64,000 bases of DNA from Mustelus asterias (Eukaryota): positions 372,001 to 436,000 of the forward strand of contig NW_027590163.1 of assembly GCF_964213995.1 (NCBI RefSeq). Reading direction: 5' to 3'. The notes under the pieces are model-generated. The model did not search any database. It worked only from the letters and a program-made list of their open reading frames with translations, and was not told the origin of the DNA. The position numbers and the translations under genes are program-made. This document shows positions 12,355 through 24,464 of this stretch, piece after piece (the stretch's first letter is position 1; the number at the start of each line of letters is the position of its first letter).

Positions 12355-12690
12355 TTTTTTTCTATTCATTCATGGGACATGGGCACCGCTGGCTGGCCAA
12401 CATTTCTTTGCGCATCCCTATTTGCTCTTGAAGAGAAGTTGAGAGTCAACTACGTTACTGTGTGGGCAAGGACGCAGATGTCCTTCCTGAAAGGACATTA
12501 ATGAACCAGTTGCTTTTCCAACAATCAACAATGGCTTCATGGTCATTAGTAGATTCTTAACCGCCGACTTTTTTTATTGAATTCAAGTTCAGCTGCCATG
12601 GCGGGATTCGAACCCTGGCCCGCAGAAGATTAGCTGAATTTTTGAATTAATATTCCTGCGACAATGAAATGAGGTCATCGCCCCCACTGT
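12355..12690 (-). mobile_element. tRNA-derived SINE, second family
   Basis: B-box-like GGGATTCGAACCC on the plus strand at about 12603 (GGGTTCGAATCCC on minus); homologous to the plus-strand copy at 53235-53615. Confidence 0.65.
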
Positions 12691-13304
12691 ACATTGTATT
12701 TCATAGTCCATTGAAGCTGGCTCGTCCGAAGAAAGAGGCTAATATTGAGTTCAATAAGATTAGTTCCTCGACGTGTCATAAACATATTTTGTGATACTTT
12801 GTTGATTTTGAGAACTGATTCTTATCCCCTGTCTTATTCTTATCCCCAGTGGAAATTATCTGGTAAGTACCCGATTCTTGCATTCCTTTATTCGTGTTCG
12901 TGCCAGATTGACAAAACTTCCTGATAAAGAATTGAACCTTGCAGCCTCCCTCTGTGTAAATAATAATTCCTGCATTACAGTATCGACTGCACTTGAAATC
13001 AAATCCATTGTCTGTAAAATGCATTTGGAGACCCTGAGTATGTAATATTAGGTTCAAAAATTAGGGTCAATGCTGTGACAAACTTCCAGAGATGAATTAG
13101 TTTGAAGGACAGGACTAAGGTAGTCAATATTACACTGACATTGCACTAATTAGAAACATATGTTTTCATTGTAGTTTGTCAATTTACACTGGTGTTGTGC
13201 CCTACCAACTAATTGCGCGTGTGTATAATGAACTACATAAGTATTACATGACATGCTAGCCTGTATAATGTTTAGACGGTCTTACTTTCAAAAAAACAGA
13301 GACA

Positions 13305-13685
13305 AATGGTGATCTTATAGAGGCCTATAAAATAATGAGGGGCGTAGATGAGGGAGGTAGTCAACATCTTTTCCCAAAGGTAGAGGAGTCTAAAATTAGA
13401 GAGCAAACGTTTAAGTTGAGAGGGGAGAAATACAATAGGGCCCAGAGCGGCACTTTTTCACTCAGAGGGTGGTGAGTTTCTGGAACGAGCTGCCAGAGGT
13501 AGTAGTAGAGGCGAGTACAATTTTGTCTTTTAAAAAGCATTTCGACAGTTACTTGGGTAAGATGGGTATGGAGCGAGCTGAGACAACCGTGGGCAATTGG
13601 GACTAGCTTAGAGGTAAAAACTGGGCGTCATGGACAAGTTAGGACGAAGGGGCTGTTCCAAGCTGTCAACCTCTATGACTCTATA
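13305..13685 (+). mobile_element. 5'-truncated CR1 3' end
   Basis: GDLIEAYKIMRG...FFTQRVV-type sequence ending in a CTCTATGACTCTAT tail. Confidence 0.8.
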
Positions 13686-14346
13686 ACACAATTCTTAATG
13701 TTTGCAATTGCACACATTGGTTATACTGCACTTGACACTGTCTCATTTAGTGTTGAACAAGGCCTTGCCTTTGTTTAAATCAGACAAGATCGAGTTCAGT
13801 TACCAGTGTATTTGAGACAATGACTCTTCTCATAGCCTGAGTCTCTGTCTCAGTCTTAAATGAAGCAGAAAGCGCTCCGGTTCGAATTAGGTCAGTCCCT
13901 ACGTTTGGTATGAAAATAGTAAAGCTTGTCTGAATTTCATTGCACTCAATAGTTTTAAAGGAGATTTGATCCTGTTTGTGATTGCATCATGGTATATTTG
14001 GGATTAGTAACAGTGTTTTGTTTCTATTATTCGACAATATCCCCTGTCACTGTTCATATTGCAGGAGGCCAAGTGTGATGCATACCAACCGCACACCCCG
14101 CCCCCCCCCCACCCCGCCTCCTCGACTCCCAACACCATTCACACTCAGTCGGCAAACAATGAATGGATAGGTGGCATTCAGGGATCCAAATGGGATTTGG
14201 ATATGCCACTGCAAAATCTGTCTGCAGCATTTCTTTAAAAAGCACTTCATGCACTGTTGATGACGGTTCGGGAGGTCTCAGGTCATGAATAACGCGGTTG
14301 ACATGCAGAAAAGGAGGAAAGAAAGAAGGAAAGGAAGCGGGAAAGA

Positions 14347-14494
14347 NNNNNNNNNNNNNNNNNNNNNNNNNNNNNNNNNNNNNNNNNNNNNNNNNNNNNN
14401 NNNNNNNNNNNNNNNNNNNNNNNNNNNNNNNNNNNNNNNNNNNNNNNNNNNNNNNNNNNNNNNNNNNNNNNNNNNNNNNNNNNNNNNNNNNNNN
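14347..14494. other. Assembly gap (148 N)
   Basis: Run of N with AAGCGGGAAAGA on both flanks, suggesting an unresolved purine-rich tandem repeat. Confidence 0.98.
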
Positions 14495-15061
14495 AAGCGG
14501 GAAAGAAAGAAAGAGAGAAAGAAATAAATGTAGGAACCACAGCAACAAACGTGAACTGACGAAGAACACTGTCCCCTCCCACCCGCCCCGCCCCCATCCC
14601 CCACACCTCCCCCCCCCCCCCCACCCTTCCCCCTCCCCCGCCCCCATCTCCTCCACAAGAAAATGGTAATGAGAGAAATAAGCAGACACTGATTTTCGTG
14701 GTGTTAAATGAGAATGCACAAAATCGGGTTTTAATATTACAACATCACATTTGAGAGGGCAAACACAGAACGTGGCTTCGCATCTCATCCAGTATTTGGA
14801 CCACGCATCAGTTCAGGACTCCTTCAATATTGACAACACGGAACACTTTGTGCAACAGGAAATGCCCTAAATACATGAAGGGTGGGATGTTGAACGTGGG
14901 ACTTATAAATTCCTGTGTGTGTGTGTGTGTGTGCGCGCGTGAGAGAGACACAGAGAGAGAGAGCGACAGAGAAAGACAGAGACAGACAAACAGATAAAGA
15001 GAAACGGAGAGACAGAGGCAGCTACACACTGGGCTACTCTGATGTTCCTGGGAAATAATTG

Positions 15062-15972
15062 TTAATTTTTCCACTGTTTAAACCCACCAGTGAGCATGGT
15101 GAAGGGACAGATCAGCAATTTCTTCAGCTCCTCTCTGAACTTGTTCTGGGCCACTGCATAGATGAAGACATTGTTGCAGGAACTGAGTGACTGGAACATG
15201 TTAGTTGCCTCTTGAAGGATATAGTCTGGACTATTGAAATCCAGGCTGGTGAGGTAGCCCGCACTTGCGAGCCGTGCATAGAGGAAATGTCCGACATAGG
15301 TAGCCCACAGGAGAAGAAAACTGAGCGAGATGGCGAAGAGCAGGACAATGGACTTCCTGCGGTTTTCCATCTCCGGATCTCCCTGGTTCTCGTTGCCCCG
15401 GAGTCTCCTGCGGGCACTGCTGGCCGCTAAGATGTGTCTTACAGTCAGGGCGTTGAGTAGCAGAATGAGGAGGAACGGAAGAAGTGGGGTTAAGATTTTG
15501 TCCAGCCAGTCATAGGCCAGCCAGGCTGGAGCTGTGTAGAAGGTGACCTTCATGTCGCAGAACCAGGGCACCCCATCCAGGATGTACAAGGGCTGGTAGA
15601 CAAAGTAGTAAGGGAAGTTTTCCACACAGCTGAGGGCACAGACTATCCCTATAACCCGCAATGCTGTTTTGTCGGCGCAGTATCTGGTCTTCAGGCTGTG
15701 ACAGCAGATGGCCACGAAACGGTCGATGGTGAAAGCCACAGTCAGCCAAACTGAACCATCCCGAGTCGCAAAGGCCAGCAAGGCACTGACTCTACATGCG
15801 GGGGTGGTGGATAGGACACTGTTAGAAAAGTAGATGCGTCCGATCCGATTGAGGATGACGGCAGTGATGATGACCAAGAAATCACTCACCGCTATCGCCA
15901 CCAGGTAGTAGGTGATGCACCGGGAGAGTCCACACCGCTCTCGGCATAAGATTACAATCGCCAATAAGTTCG
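15062..15972 (-). CDS. Class A GPCR, GPR139/GPR142-like (probable G-protein coupled receptor 139-like), exon 2
   Basis: Acceptor tttttacctctcacag| then (A)NLLAIVILCR...YLVAIAVSDFLV...FTIDRFVAICC...LTPLLPFLLILLLNALTVRHIL...RKSIVLLFAIS...LSSCNNVFIYAVAQNKFREEL; end of TM1 plus six further hydrophobic helices; open to a stop at 15062-15064. Confidence 0.9.
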
Positions 15973-16714
15973 CTGTGAGAGGTAAAAAGAGTGAAAAGCT
16001 ACAGGGCAGAATCCAAAAACCAATTACTGACTCATCGAATCAGTTACCGAATCCGTCCTTATCTTACCTTTTGCCACCCCCAGACTCTAGTAGTTGGCAT
16101 TCGTTCAATATCCAATGCTGAACTAAACATGTGTCATTGTAGAAAGTATTGCAATCTGAGCCCGCCACAAACTCTGTTTCCTGGTCAGCTCGCGATTAGT
16201 TACCCAACTTCAGCTCATTCCAAACAATTGTTACTGATGCCGTTATTCACAACAGGCCCAGTACATCAATCAAGTCTATGCTCGCTAATTTTTTATTGAT
16301 TCCCAGTCCAGCAGTGTCTCGTTTTTAATAATCTCATCCTCCTCATCTTTAAATATCTCCATAGTCTCGTCATTCCAGGTCCCTGCAGCTTCCTGCAGCC
16401 AACTGAGTTCACAGTTTACCTCCAACTCTGTCCCCTTGTGTGTCCCTGATGTTTATCCAGCCTTTGGCAGTAGTTACAGCTTTAGCTGTCGAGGCCCTAT
16501 TATCTGGAACTTCCGCTATCAACGGTTGTTTCTCGCCATCCCTCTTTAGGACGTTCATAATTCTTTGATCAAATTTTGTGTGAACTATCTACTTATGTCC
16601 TTCGGTTTTAAATGTCTTTGTGAAAGTTCTCCCCATACGTACAGCAGTGGCTGAAGAAACAAGAGCAGCTTTACCTTTTCCATCTGCAATCACAGATGAT
16701 TAATAATGGGTGAC

Positions 16715-17005
16715 ATGGTGGCACAGTGGTTATCACTGTTTCCTCATAGTGACAGGAATCCGGGTTAAACTGTGAGATACTGTGTGGCGTTTGTACGTTC
16801 TCCTCGTGTCTGCATGGGTTTCCTCTGGGTGCTCCTGTTTCCTCCCACAGTCCAAAGATATGCGGGTTAGGTTAATTGGCCATGCTAAATTGCCCCTTAA
16901 TATCAAGTGTACCAGCAGTGTTATTACGAGAAGTTAAAGGGATAGGGCCAGGTGGGAATATGGTCGGTGGAGCCTCGATGGGCCGAATGGCCTCCTTCTG
17001 AATCA
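16715..17005 (+). mobile_element. HE1/V-SINE-type SINE in GPCR intron
   Basis: GGTGGCACAGTGGTTA head, conserved core, CR1-like tail GATGGGCCGAATGGCCTCCTTCTG. Confidence 0.75.
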
Positions 17006-17159
17006 ATGGTTCTAAATGTTGACCTTGTCACGGACACCCACAAAAATATCCAAAATAAAAATCAAATGTAGAAAATCTATCAGCACAAGAAAAACCTGCA
17101 TAGCAGATTTAAACTCTTGATTATCCATTCATCCCTTTGAAACCTTTATATTCAACACG

Positions 17160-19140
17160 GATTCATGAAGGGTCAGTCTTGCCTCACAAATTTGATTGAA
17201 TTCTTTCAAGAGGTAGCTACGTGTGTAGATGAAAGTAGAGCAGTTGATGTCACATACATGGATTTTAGTAAGGCGTTTGGTCAGGTCCCCCATGGTTGGC
17301 ACATGAAGAAAGTAAGGAGGTGTGGGATGGAGGGAAATTTGGCCGATTGGATTACTAACTGGCTATCTCATAGGAGTGGAGATGCCGGCGTTGGACTGGG
17401 GTAAACACAGTAAGAAGTTTAACAACACCAGCTTAAAGTCCAACAGGTTTATTTGTAGCAAAAGCCACACAAGCTTTTGGAGCCCCAAGCCACTTCTTCA
17501 GGTGAGTGGGAATTCTGTTCACAAACAGGGCATATAATGGTGCCCTGTTGATGAATTAACACTGCTTGACAATCACCAGGCAAGACTGTTCTCTTCCTGT
17601 TGGGGAGCACTTCAGCGGTCGCGGGCATTCGGCCTCTGATATTCGGGTAAGCGTTCTCCAAGGCGGCCTTCACGACACACGACGGCACAGAGTCGCTGAG
17701 CAGAAACTGATAGCCAAGTTCCACACACATGAGGACGGCCTCAACTGGGATATTGGGTTCATGTCACACGATTTGTAATCCCCACAGCTTGCCGGGACCT
17801 GCAGAGTCTCACTGTCTGGAGACAATACACATCTCTTTAGCCTGTCTTGATGTTCTCTCCACTCACATTGTTTATATCTTAAAGACTGGATTAGCTGTAA
17901 GTATTCGCAATCCAACCATTATTCATGTAAATTGAGTTTGTGTCTTTACATGCCCTGTTTGTGAACAGAATTCCCACTCACTTGAAGAAGGGGCTTGGGA
18001 CTCCGAAAGCTTGTGTGGCTTTTGCTGCCAAATAAACCTGTTGGACTTTAACCTGCTGTTGTTAAACATCTTACTGTATCTCATAGAAGACAGAGGGTCG
18101 TGGTGGATGGAAAATTTTCAGACTGGAGACCAGTTACCAGCGGTGTCCCACAGGGATACAACAGTACTGGGTCCTCTGCTATTTGTGTTTTTTTATCAAT
18201 GACTTGGAGGAGGGGGCTGAAGGGTGGATCAGTAAATTTCCTGATGACACCAAGATTGGTGGAGTAGTGCATGAGGTGGAGGGCTGTTGTAGGCTGCAAA
18301 GAGACATTGATAGGATGCAGAGCTGGGCCGAAAAATGGCAGATGGAGTTTAACCCTGATAAGTGCGAGGTGATTCATTTTGGTTGGACAAATTTGAATGC
18401 GGATTACAGGGTCAACGGTCGGGTTCTGAGGAATGTGGAGCAACAGAGATCTTGGGGTTCATATCCACAGATCTCTGAAGGTTACCACGCAAGTGGTTAG
18501 AGCCGTGAAGAAGGCCTATAGTGCGTTTGCATTTATTAACAGGGGATTTGAGTTTTCAGAGCTGTGGGGTTATGCTGCAACTGTACAGGACCTTGGTGAG
18601 ACCACATTTGGAATATTGTGTGCAGTTCTGGCCACTTCACTATTAGAAGGATGTGGAAGCATTGGAGAGAATGCAAAGGAGATATACCAGGATGCTGCAT
18701 GGTTTGCAGCGTAAGTCTTATGAGGAAAGATTGAGGGTGCGAGGGCTTTTCTCTTTAGAGCGGAGGAGGATGAGAGCCGACTTAATAGAGGTTTATAAGA
18801 TGATGAGAGGGATAGATAGAGTGGACGTACAGAGACTATTTCCTCGGGTGGATGTAGCTGTTACTAGGCGGCATGACTGTAAGGTTCATGGTGGGAGATG
18901 TAGGAGGGATGTCCGGGGTAGGTTCTTTACTCAGAGAGTGGTTGTGGTGTGGAATGGACTGCCTGCCGTGATCGTGGAGTCAGACACTTTCGGAACTTGC
19001 AAGCAGTTATTGGATAGGCACACGGAGCACACCAGAATGATAGGGAGTGGGATAGCTTGATCTTGGTTTTGGTCAAAGCTCGGCACAACATCGACGGCCG
19101 AAGGGCCTGTACTGTGCTGTACTGTTCTGTGTTTCTATGT
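17160..19140 (+). mobile_element. 5'-truncated CR1 (RT region to 3' tail) interrupted by a Penelope insertion
   Basis: KGQSCLTNLIEFF, YMDFSKAF, KFPDDTK, WQMEFNPDKC, RGRFFTQRVV; same subfamily as the 7.7-12.2 kb copy (shared C-terminus EHTRMIGSGIA). Confidence 0.9.
17374..18076 (+). mobile_element. Penelope-like element fragment (GIY-YIG endonuclease C-terminus) with inverted pseudo-LTRs
   Basis: ORF 17566-17778 SLPVGEHFSGRGHSASDIRVSVLQGGL...RRHRVAEQKLIAKFHTHEDGLNWD; about 127 bp inverted repeat 17407-17533 / 17950-18077; 10 bp target duplication TATCTCATAG at 17364-17373 and 18077-18086. Confidence 0.88.
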
Positions 19141-19737
19141 TTCTTTCCTTAATTAATTCCTATGACTACATTAATATTGGGGGCTGCCCAGTGATAAATC
19201 AGTGTATTGTAACTATTAAATCATTGCAGACGCCGCACTGCAAATTCTTGCAATCACGACATGATTTTTTAAAATATTCGATCTCATCTAATTCAAAGAA
19301 TGCAATAGTTGATTCACCAATAAATCACGGCACGAAAATGCACGGTACTTCCAAAATAACATTCCGAACACCAGCGAATTTCACAACATTTAATGAAACT
19401 CAAAGTTCGACAATATAACAGATGCAAAGTCATCAAATATAGTGCAAATTAGGCCACCCAATTAAATGCATTTCTATCTTTGTGCAGCAGAATAAATTGA
19501 ATCATGTCTTGGAATAGTCCATGATTCAATCAAGTAAAGCATAGAATTTACCAATATACGGTATAATATCAAATAAGGCGCCTATATACATATGTTGGTA
19601 CCCCGTTGAAGTTCCTTAAACTCATCAGTGCTAAATAGCATAATGAGCCCGTTCCTGAAAGAGAAGAGCCCAAATTATTGTGGTTTTTTTTAAAAAACGA
19701 TACAACTTAAATAACTTTTTTGAGTTCCATTTCTTAC

Positions 19738-19807
19738 CAGGGACACCTATAGCAGCAAGAATAGGGTAGTAAATGGCATAGAAGAGACCTTTCGCTGGTC
19801 CGTGCAT
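19738..19807 (-). CDS. GPR139/GPR142-like GPCR, exon 1
   Basis: ATG at 19807; MHGPAKGLFYAIYYPILAAIGVP+G then |GTAAGA donor; 70 nt phase-1 exon joins exon 2 in frame (IGVP-A-NLL, TM1 GxxxN motif). Spliced CDS is 981 nt = 326 aa. Confidence 0.88.
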
Positions 19808-20344
19808 CGTCTCTCAGAAACTAAAGGGTTTTCAGAAACTTAAAACTTTGCTCTGTGACACATTCAAAGAGTCCCTCATTTATTCTGAATGAGAGTCTCC
19901 GGGGGAACAATTAGGTAACAACCTGCTCCTTAGTTACACTTTGGTAAACAAACAGATTAACTCACCATTTCACGTCTTCCACTTGCCATAATGGCAACAT
20001 GGATGATTACATTTTGCACTTGGACCGACTCAGGATTTTGTGCTTTGCCCGTCTCCACAAACCCATGGCTTTGTGTCCCCTCCAAGTGGAATGGATGGCG
20101 GCAGATACTGAACTGTGGTCCGATATTTAACTAAAAATCGTCACTTCCATTCTCTGACACGCTACCAACTATTTACTGTTTTTAGGTGCCAGATCAGTTC
20201 TTGCATTTGGTTTATTCATCAGTGCATAATGCTCCCAAAATATTTCAATATATCTACAACTATACTATTACAAATCAGGACTTGGTAACATGGCGGGGGG
20301 TCTATTCAGCTGGAGATAATTTCATTTAAATTCTGGGCCATATG

Positions 20345-20970
20345 GGAATTGCAGGACGCTTCCTTAGATTGCATCTGGCTTCCTTGTATAGGTCAGGGTC
20401 GCCTGACTTGAACGCCTCAGACCGAGAATTCAGCAAGCAGTGGATATCCCTGTTCAACCATGGTTTCCGGTTGGGAAACACTCAAATTTTCCTCTTTGGC
20501 ACACACTCTTCTATACACTTACAAATGAAGTTAGTTACTGTAGTGGTGTACGCGTTCAGGCTAGTCGCAAAGTTTTTCAAAACTGACTAGCCTACTGACT
20601 CTAAGCAGCCCCATAGGAGATCATCTGATTCCTCAGACCAACATTGCATGACTTTCTTTGATGGATTCTCCCGCTTCAGTTTTTGCTTGTAAGTCGGGAG
20701 CAGGAACACAGCCTTGTAGTCTGATTTGCCAAAGTGTGGGCGGGCGATAGAGTGGTAGGCATGTTTGATATTTGTGTAGCAGTGGCTCAGGATGTTTGGG
20801 CTTCTGATGGAACAGGAGATGTGTTGGCGGTAACTTAGTAGTACGCTCTTGAGCTTGGTCTGATTGAAGTCCCCGGCCACGCTGAATAAGGCCTCGGGAT
20901 GTTTCATCTCAAAGCTATTTTTAGTGATGTATATTACATCCAGCGCGATCTTCAAATCCACATGGGGTGG
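20345..20970 (-). mobile_element. Rex1/Babar-type LINE fragment (endonuclease end)
   Basis: YIPPH...VAGDFNQ...HCYTNIKHAYHSIARPHFGKSDYKAVFLLPTYKQKLKRE. Confidence 0.8.
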
Positions 20971-21129
20971 GATATAATGGTCCACAGCAACTACAATTGC
21001 CTGTTCAGAATTTCTATCCTGGACTGAATGTGACTAATTTTGTAAACATCGTTTACAAGTGATGTGAGGAAACATCACATCCAAATCAGACAGAGTCTCG
21101 GTTTATTAGGACCTGAATATCCTCAGAAT

Positions 21130-22289
21130 TTGAACGTGGAATGCGAAAAGTTTGTCTGTTCTGCCTGGAAGAGAAGATGTTAAACATCAGTGTGACTGAA
21201 AAGCGAGTAAGAGTGATCCAGTGATCTGACTCTGGAAAGAGCTTTAACCAGTTACACAGGCTGAAAATAATCACACCATTCACAACGACGAGAAACTGTA
21301 CACGTGTTCTGTGTGTGGACGAGGCTTAAACTGATCATGCAACCTGGTGAGGCACATGGACATCAGCACCATGGAAAAACAATGGAAATGTGAGGACTGT
21401 GGGAAATGATGCAGTTACATTTCCCTGCTGGAAAGCCATTGCCGCAGTCACACTGGAGAGAGGCCATTCACCTGCTCTATGTGTGGGGAGGGATTTATTC
21501 AGTCAGCTGGGCTTTGGTCTCAAAAGCAGATTCACACTGAGGAAGAAACATTCATCTGTACTTCCTGTGGGAAGAGATTCAGACACTCTTCAGCACTCAC
21601 TGTGCACCAAAGCACTCAAACTGTGGAGAGGCCTTTCAATTATTGCGTGTGTGGGAAGGAATTCACTCAGTCATTCCACCTGCTGTCGCACCAGGGAATT
21701 TATGCTGGGAGAGGCCATTTGCCTGCCCCGAGTATCTGAAGGGATTGAGTGGGTCATCCCGCTTACTGTCACACCAGAGAGTTCACATGGAGGAGCAACC
21801 ATTCAGCTGCACTGGCTACGGAAAGAGTTTCAGACAGGCATCCTCTCTTGTTGCACACCAGCGAAATCACACTGGGCAGAGACCGTTTACTTGCTTTGTG
21901 TTTGGAAAAGATTCACAGTTTCACCAACCCTGCTGAGACACCAGCGAATTCACACTGAAGAGAAGACATTCAGCTGTTTTGACTGTGGAAAGAATTTCAG
22001 GCAGTCATCCAACCTCACTGCTCACCGACACACACACTGCAGAGAGACCATTCACATGCTCCGTGTGCAGGAAGGGATTCAATCGGTCATCCAGCCTCTC
22101 TGCTCACCAGCGGGTTCACAGAGAGAGAGGCCGTTCACTTGCTCTGTGTTTGGAAAGGGATTCGCAAATTCTTTCAATTTGCTGGCTCACCAACATACAC
22201 ACACTAAGAGGGCATTCAACTGTTCTGTGTGTGAGAAGGGATTCACTCAGTCTGAATGGCTCCTAAGACATCAACAGGTTCATAAGTGA
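21130..22289 (+). pseudogene. C2H2 zinc-finger array pseudogene
   Basis: About a dozen degenerate CxxC-x12-HxxxH units with HTGERPFTC-type linkers, scattered over all three frames by frameshifts and stops (ORFs 21390, 21479, 21643, 21979). No KRAB-like exon recognised. Confidence 0.85.
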
Positions 22290-22711
22290 CTGCAGGGGTT
22301 GGATTCTGCTATCATTGCTGCTGTTCAGTATTGATAGTCTGACAATAATTTATTTCTACTGATGTTAACAAAGCCTATAACTTGCTGGGATTTAATATTC
22401 TGGAAGTGTCACTGATTTTCGGTGCTGCAATGTCGCTTTTTAAAAGCAACACCTGTGATCTCCTCCCTTAACTGAAGATCTCGCAACAGAAATCTGCTTA
22501 GAATAAAATTATGAACTTTTGCTTCAATTCCAATTTGATCTTTGGAGCAAAATCTACAATTTAGTATCTGAAAGATTCATCTGCAGGGGACAAAGTATTG
22601 ATTTTCAATGCTCTTATTGAGATTTTCTCGAGTGCTACTCTTTGATTTTTAAGGACTATGATTTGATTTCCAGAGAATCTTTTTCCATTCTCACCAATTC
22701 CTTTAGTAGTA

Positions 22712-23085
22712 GTAATAGAGGTGTATAAAATTATGAAAGGCATAGAAAGGGCGAACGGTGGGAAGCTTTTTCCCAGATCGGTGGTGACGTTCACGAGGGG
22801 TCATAGGTTCAAGGTGAGGGGGGGCGGGGGGCGGGGGGGGGGGGAGGTTTAACACGGATATCAGAAGGACGTATTTCACACAGACGGTGGTAGGGGCCTG
22901 GAATGCGCTGCCGGGCAAGCTGGTGGAGGCGGACACACTGGGAACGTTTAATATTTATCTAGATAGCCACATGAACGGAGTGGGAATGGAGGGATACAAA
23001 AGAATGGTCTAGTTTGGACTAGGGAGCGGGCTTGGAGGGCCGAAGGGCGCGTTTCTGTGCTGTATTGTCCTTTGTTCTTTGTTCT
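22712..23085 (+). mobile_element. CR1 3' end
   Basis: IEVYKIMKGI...YFTQTVVGAWNALP and a TTGTTCT tail. Confidence 0.85.
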
Positions 23086-24464
23086 AGTGATGTGGTCACG
23101 GAGTGACATCACCTTTTGTGTTCGTGTTGAATATCTTTTGAGTTTACTTCTTTAAATAAGATAGCACAAATACTGACGACTGTGTATATATTAAATCTTT
23201 AAATTGGAATGTATAAATAAGAGTTTTTTTGGAAAGTTATTCCAAAACATTGCACACCAGTGAAATTTAAAAATACTCCGACATTCCATTTCCAAAATGA
23301 GATTTCTAACTATTTGACACAAGGTAACTCATTCGAGGCAAACTTGTTTCTTGGCTCAGATGTGTGGATTTTGTGTGGATTTAGATTAATAATCCATCAA
23401 TAAACTCACTGAGATCAGCTCAGACCGGGGGTTCTGTGTGTTGTCTGTGAGCGTTCAGCTGCAAACGAAAGCAATTTAGAATATGAACCTGGATGAATGC
23501 ATCTCAATTTCTAATTTGACCCACGTGATTGGTAAGTCAGTTCAGAATACCTGGTTAATCAAATTCCTGACCTGTACACCCACCTTCTGAGATGTATAAA
23601 AGTAGTCGAGAATTGTTGAGCAGAATGTGGAAAGCTCTGTGTCGCCGGTGGTTGAATCACTCTCTTTGAGGATTACACGGCCATGAGACTAATTCTGTAG
23701 CGTGAATACGGAGGGAATAGAAGGATCCGGGCCGAGTGAGGGTGGAAGATTTTTTTTTGTAGTTTTTTCAGGACACCATGATCAGCACAGGTCCTGAAGG
23801 GCCGAAGGGCCTGATCCTGTGCTCTCCTTTTGTTTGTTATTTTGTTCTTTGTTTTAACTGAATCACTGAGTGCTTTCAGAACTTTCTCATTTTAGTTTAC
23901 ATTTCCTGAATGAGCGTTGGGACACATACCGCAGGATCTCCGCCCCCACCTCTGGCCAAGTCAACTGTTCAATATCCAGCTACCTTACTGCGATTTGACA
24001 GAAAATCAATTGCAATGGTATCTCAGCTCTCCGGTTTATCTTTCCAGCGGCCTGTCATCCACTGCTTCACGCTGATTGGACAGGAATCATCCAACCATCG
24101 CCCTCTTGGAATGTGGGTTTACAATACCCAGAGTGCACCAGTGGAGATAGGCAGAAGAAGTGAGGTCATGGAGCGGGAATGAGGTAACCAAAAGGAAGTG
24201 AAGTCACAGAGGACACGCACACAGACACCTGGGTTTAAGGGTTAAGATTTGCATTGTCAATTCGGAGTCCGAATGGGGCAGGGGTTAAAGCGGAACTGAA
24301 GGCTCATTAGGGTCAGCGACAGAAAGAGAGAGGGAGAGATAACTAGCATAGAAAGACAACAACAGGATCAGTAACCGTGAGAGACGGGGAGAGAGAGATA
24401 AATACCATCGGAATAAAACAAAAGGATCAGATACCCAGAGGGAGGGAAGGAGAGAGAAAGAGAG

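Noticed and set aside
14054-14788. Long ORFs up to 244 aa
   Set aside because: They run through the N gap and G/C homopolymer runs.
21390-22289. 299 aa ORF as an intact zinc-finger protein
   Set aside because: Only parts are in the finger frame; the array shifts frame repeatedly.
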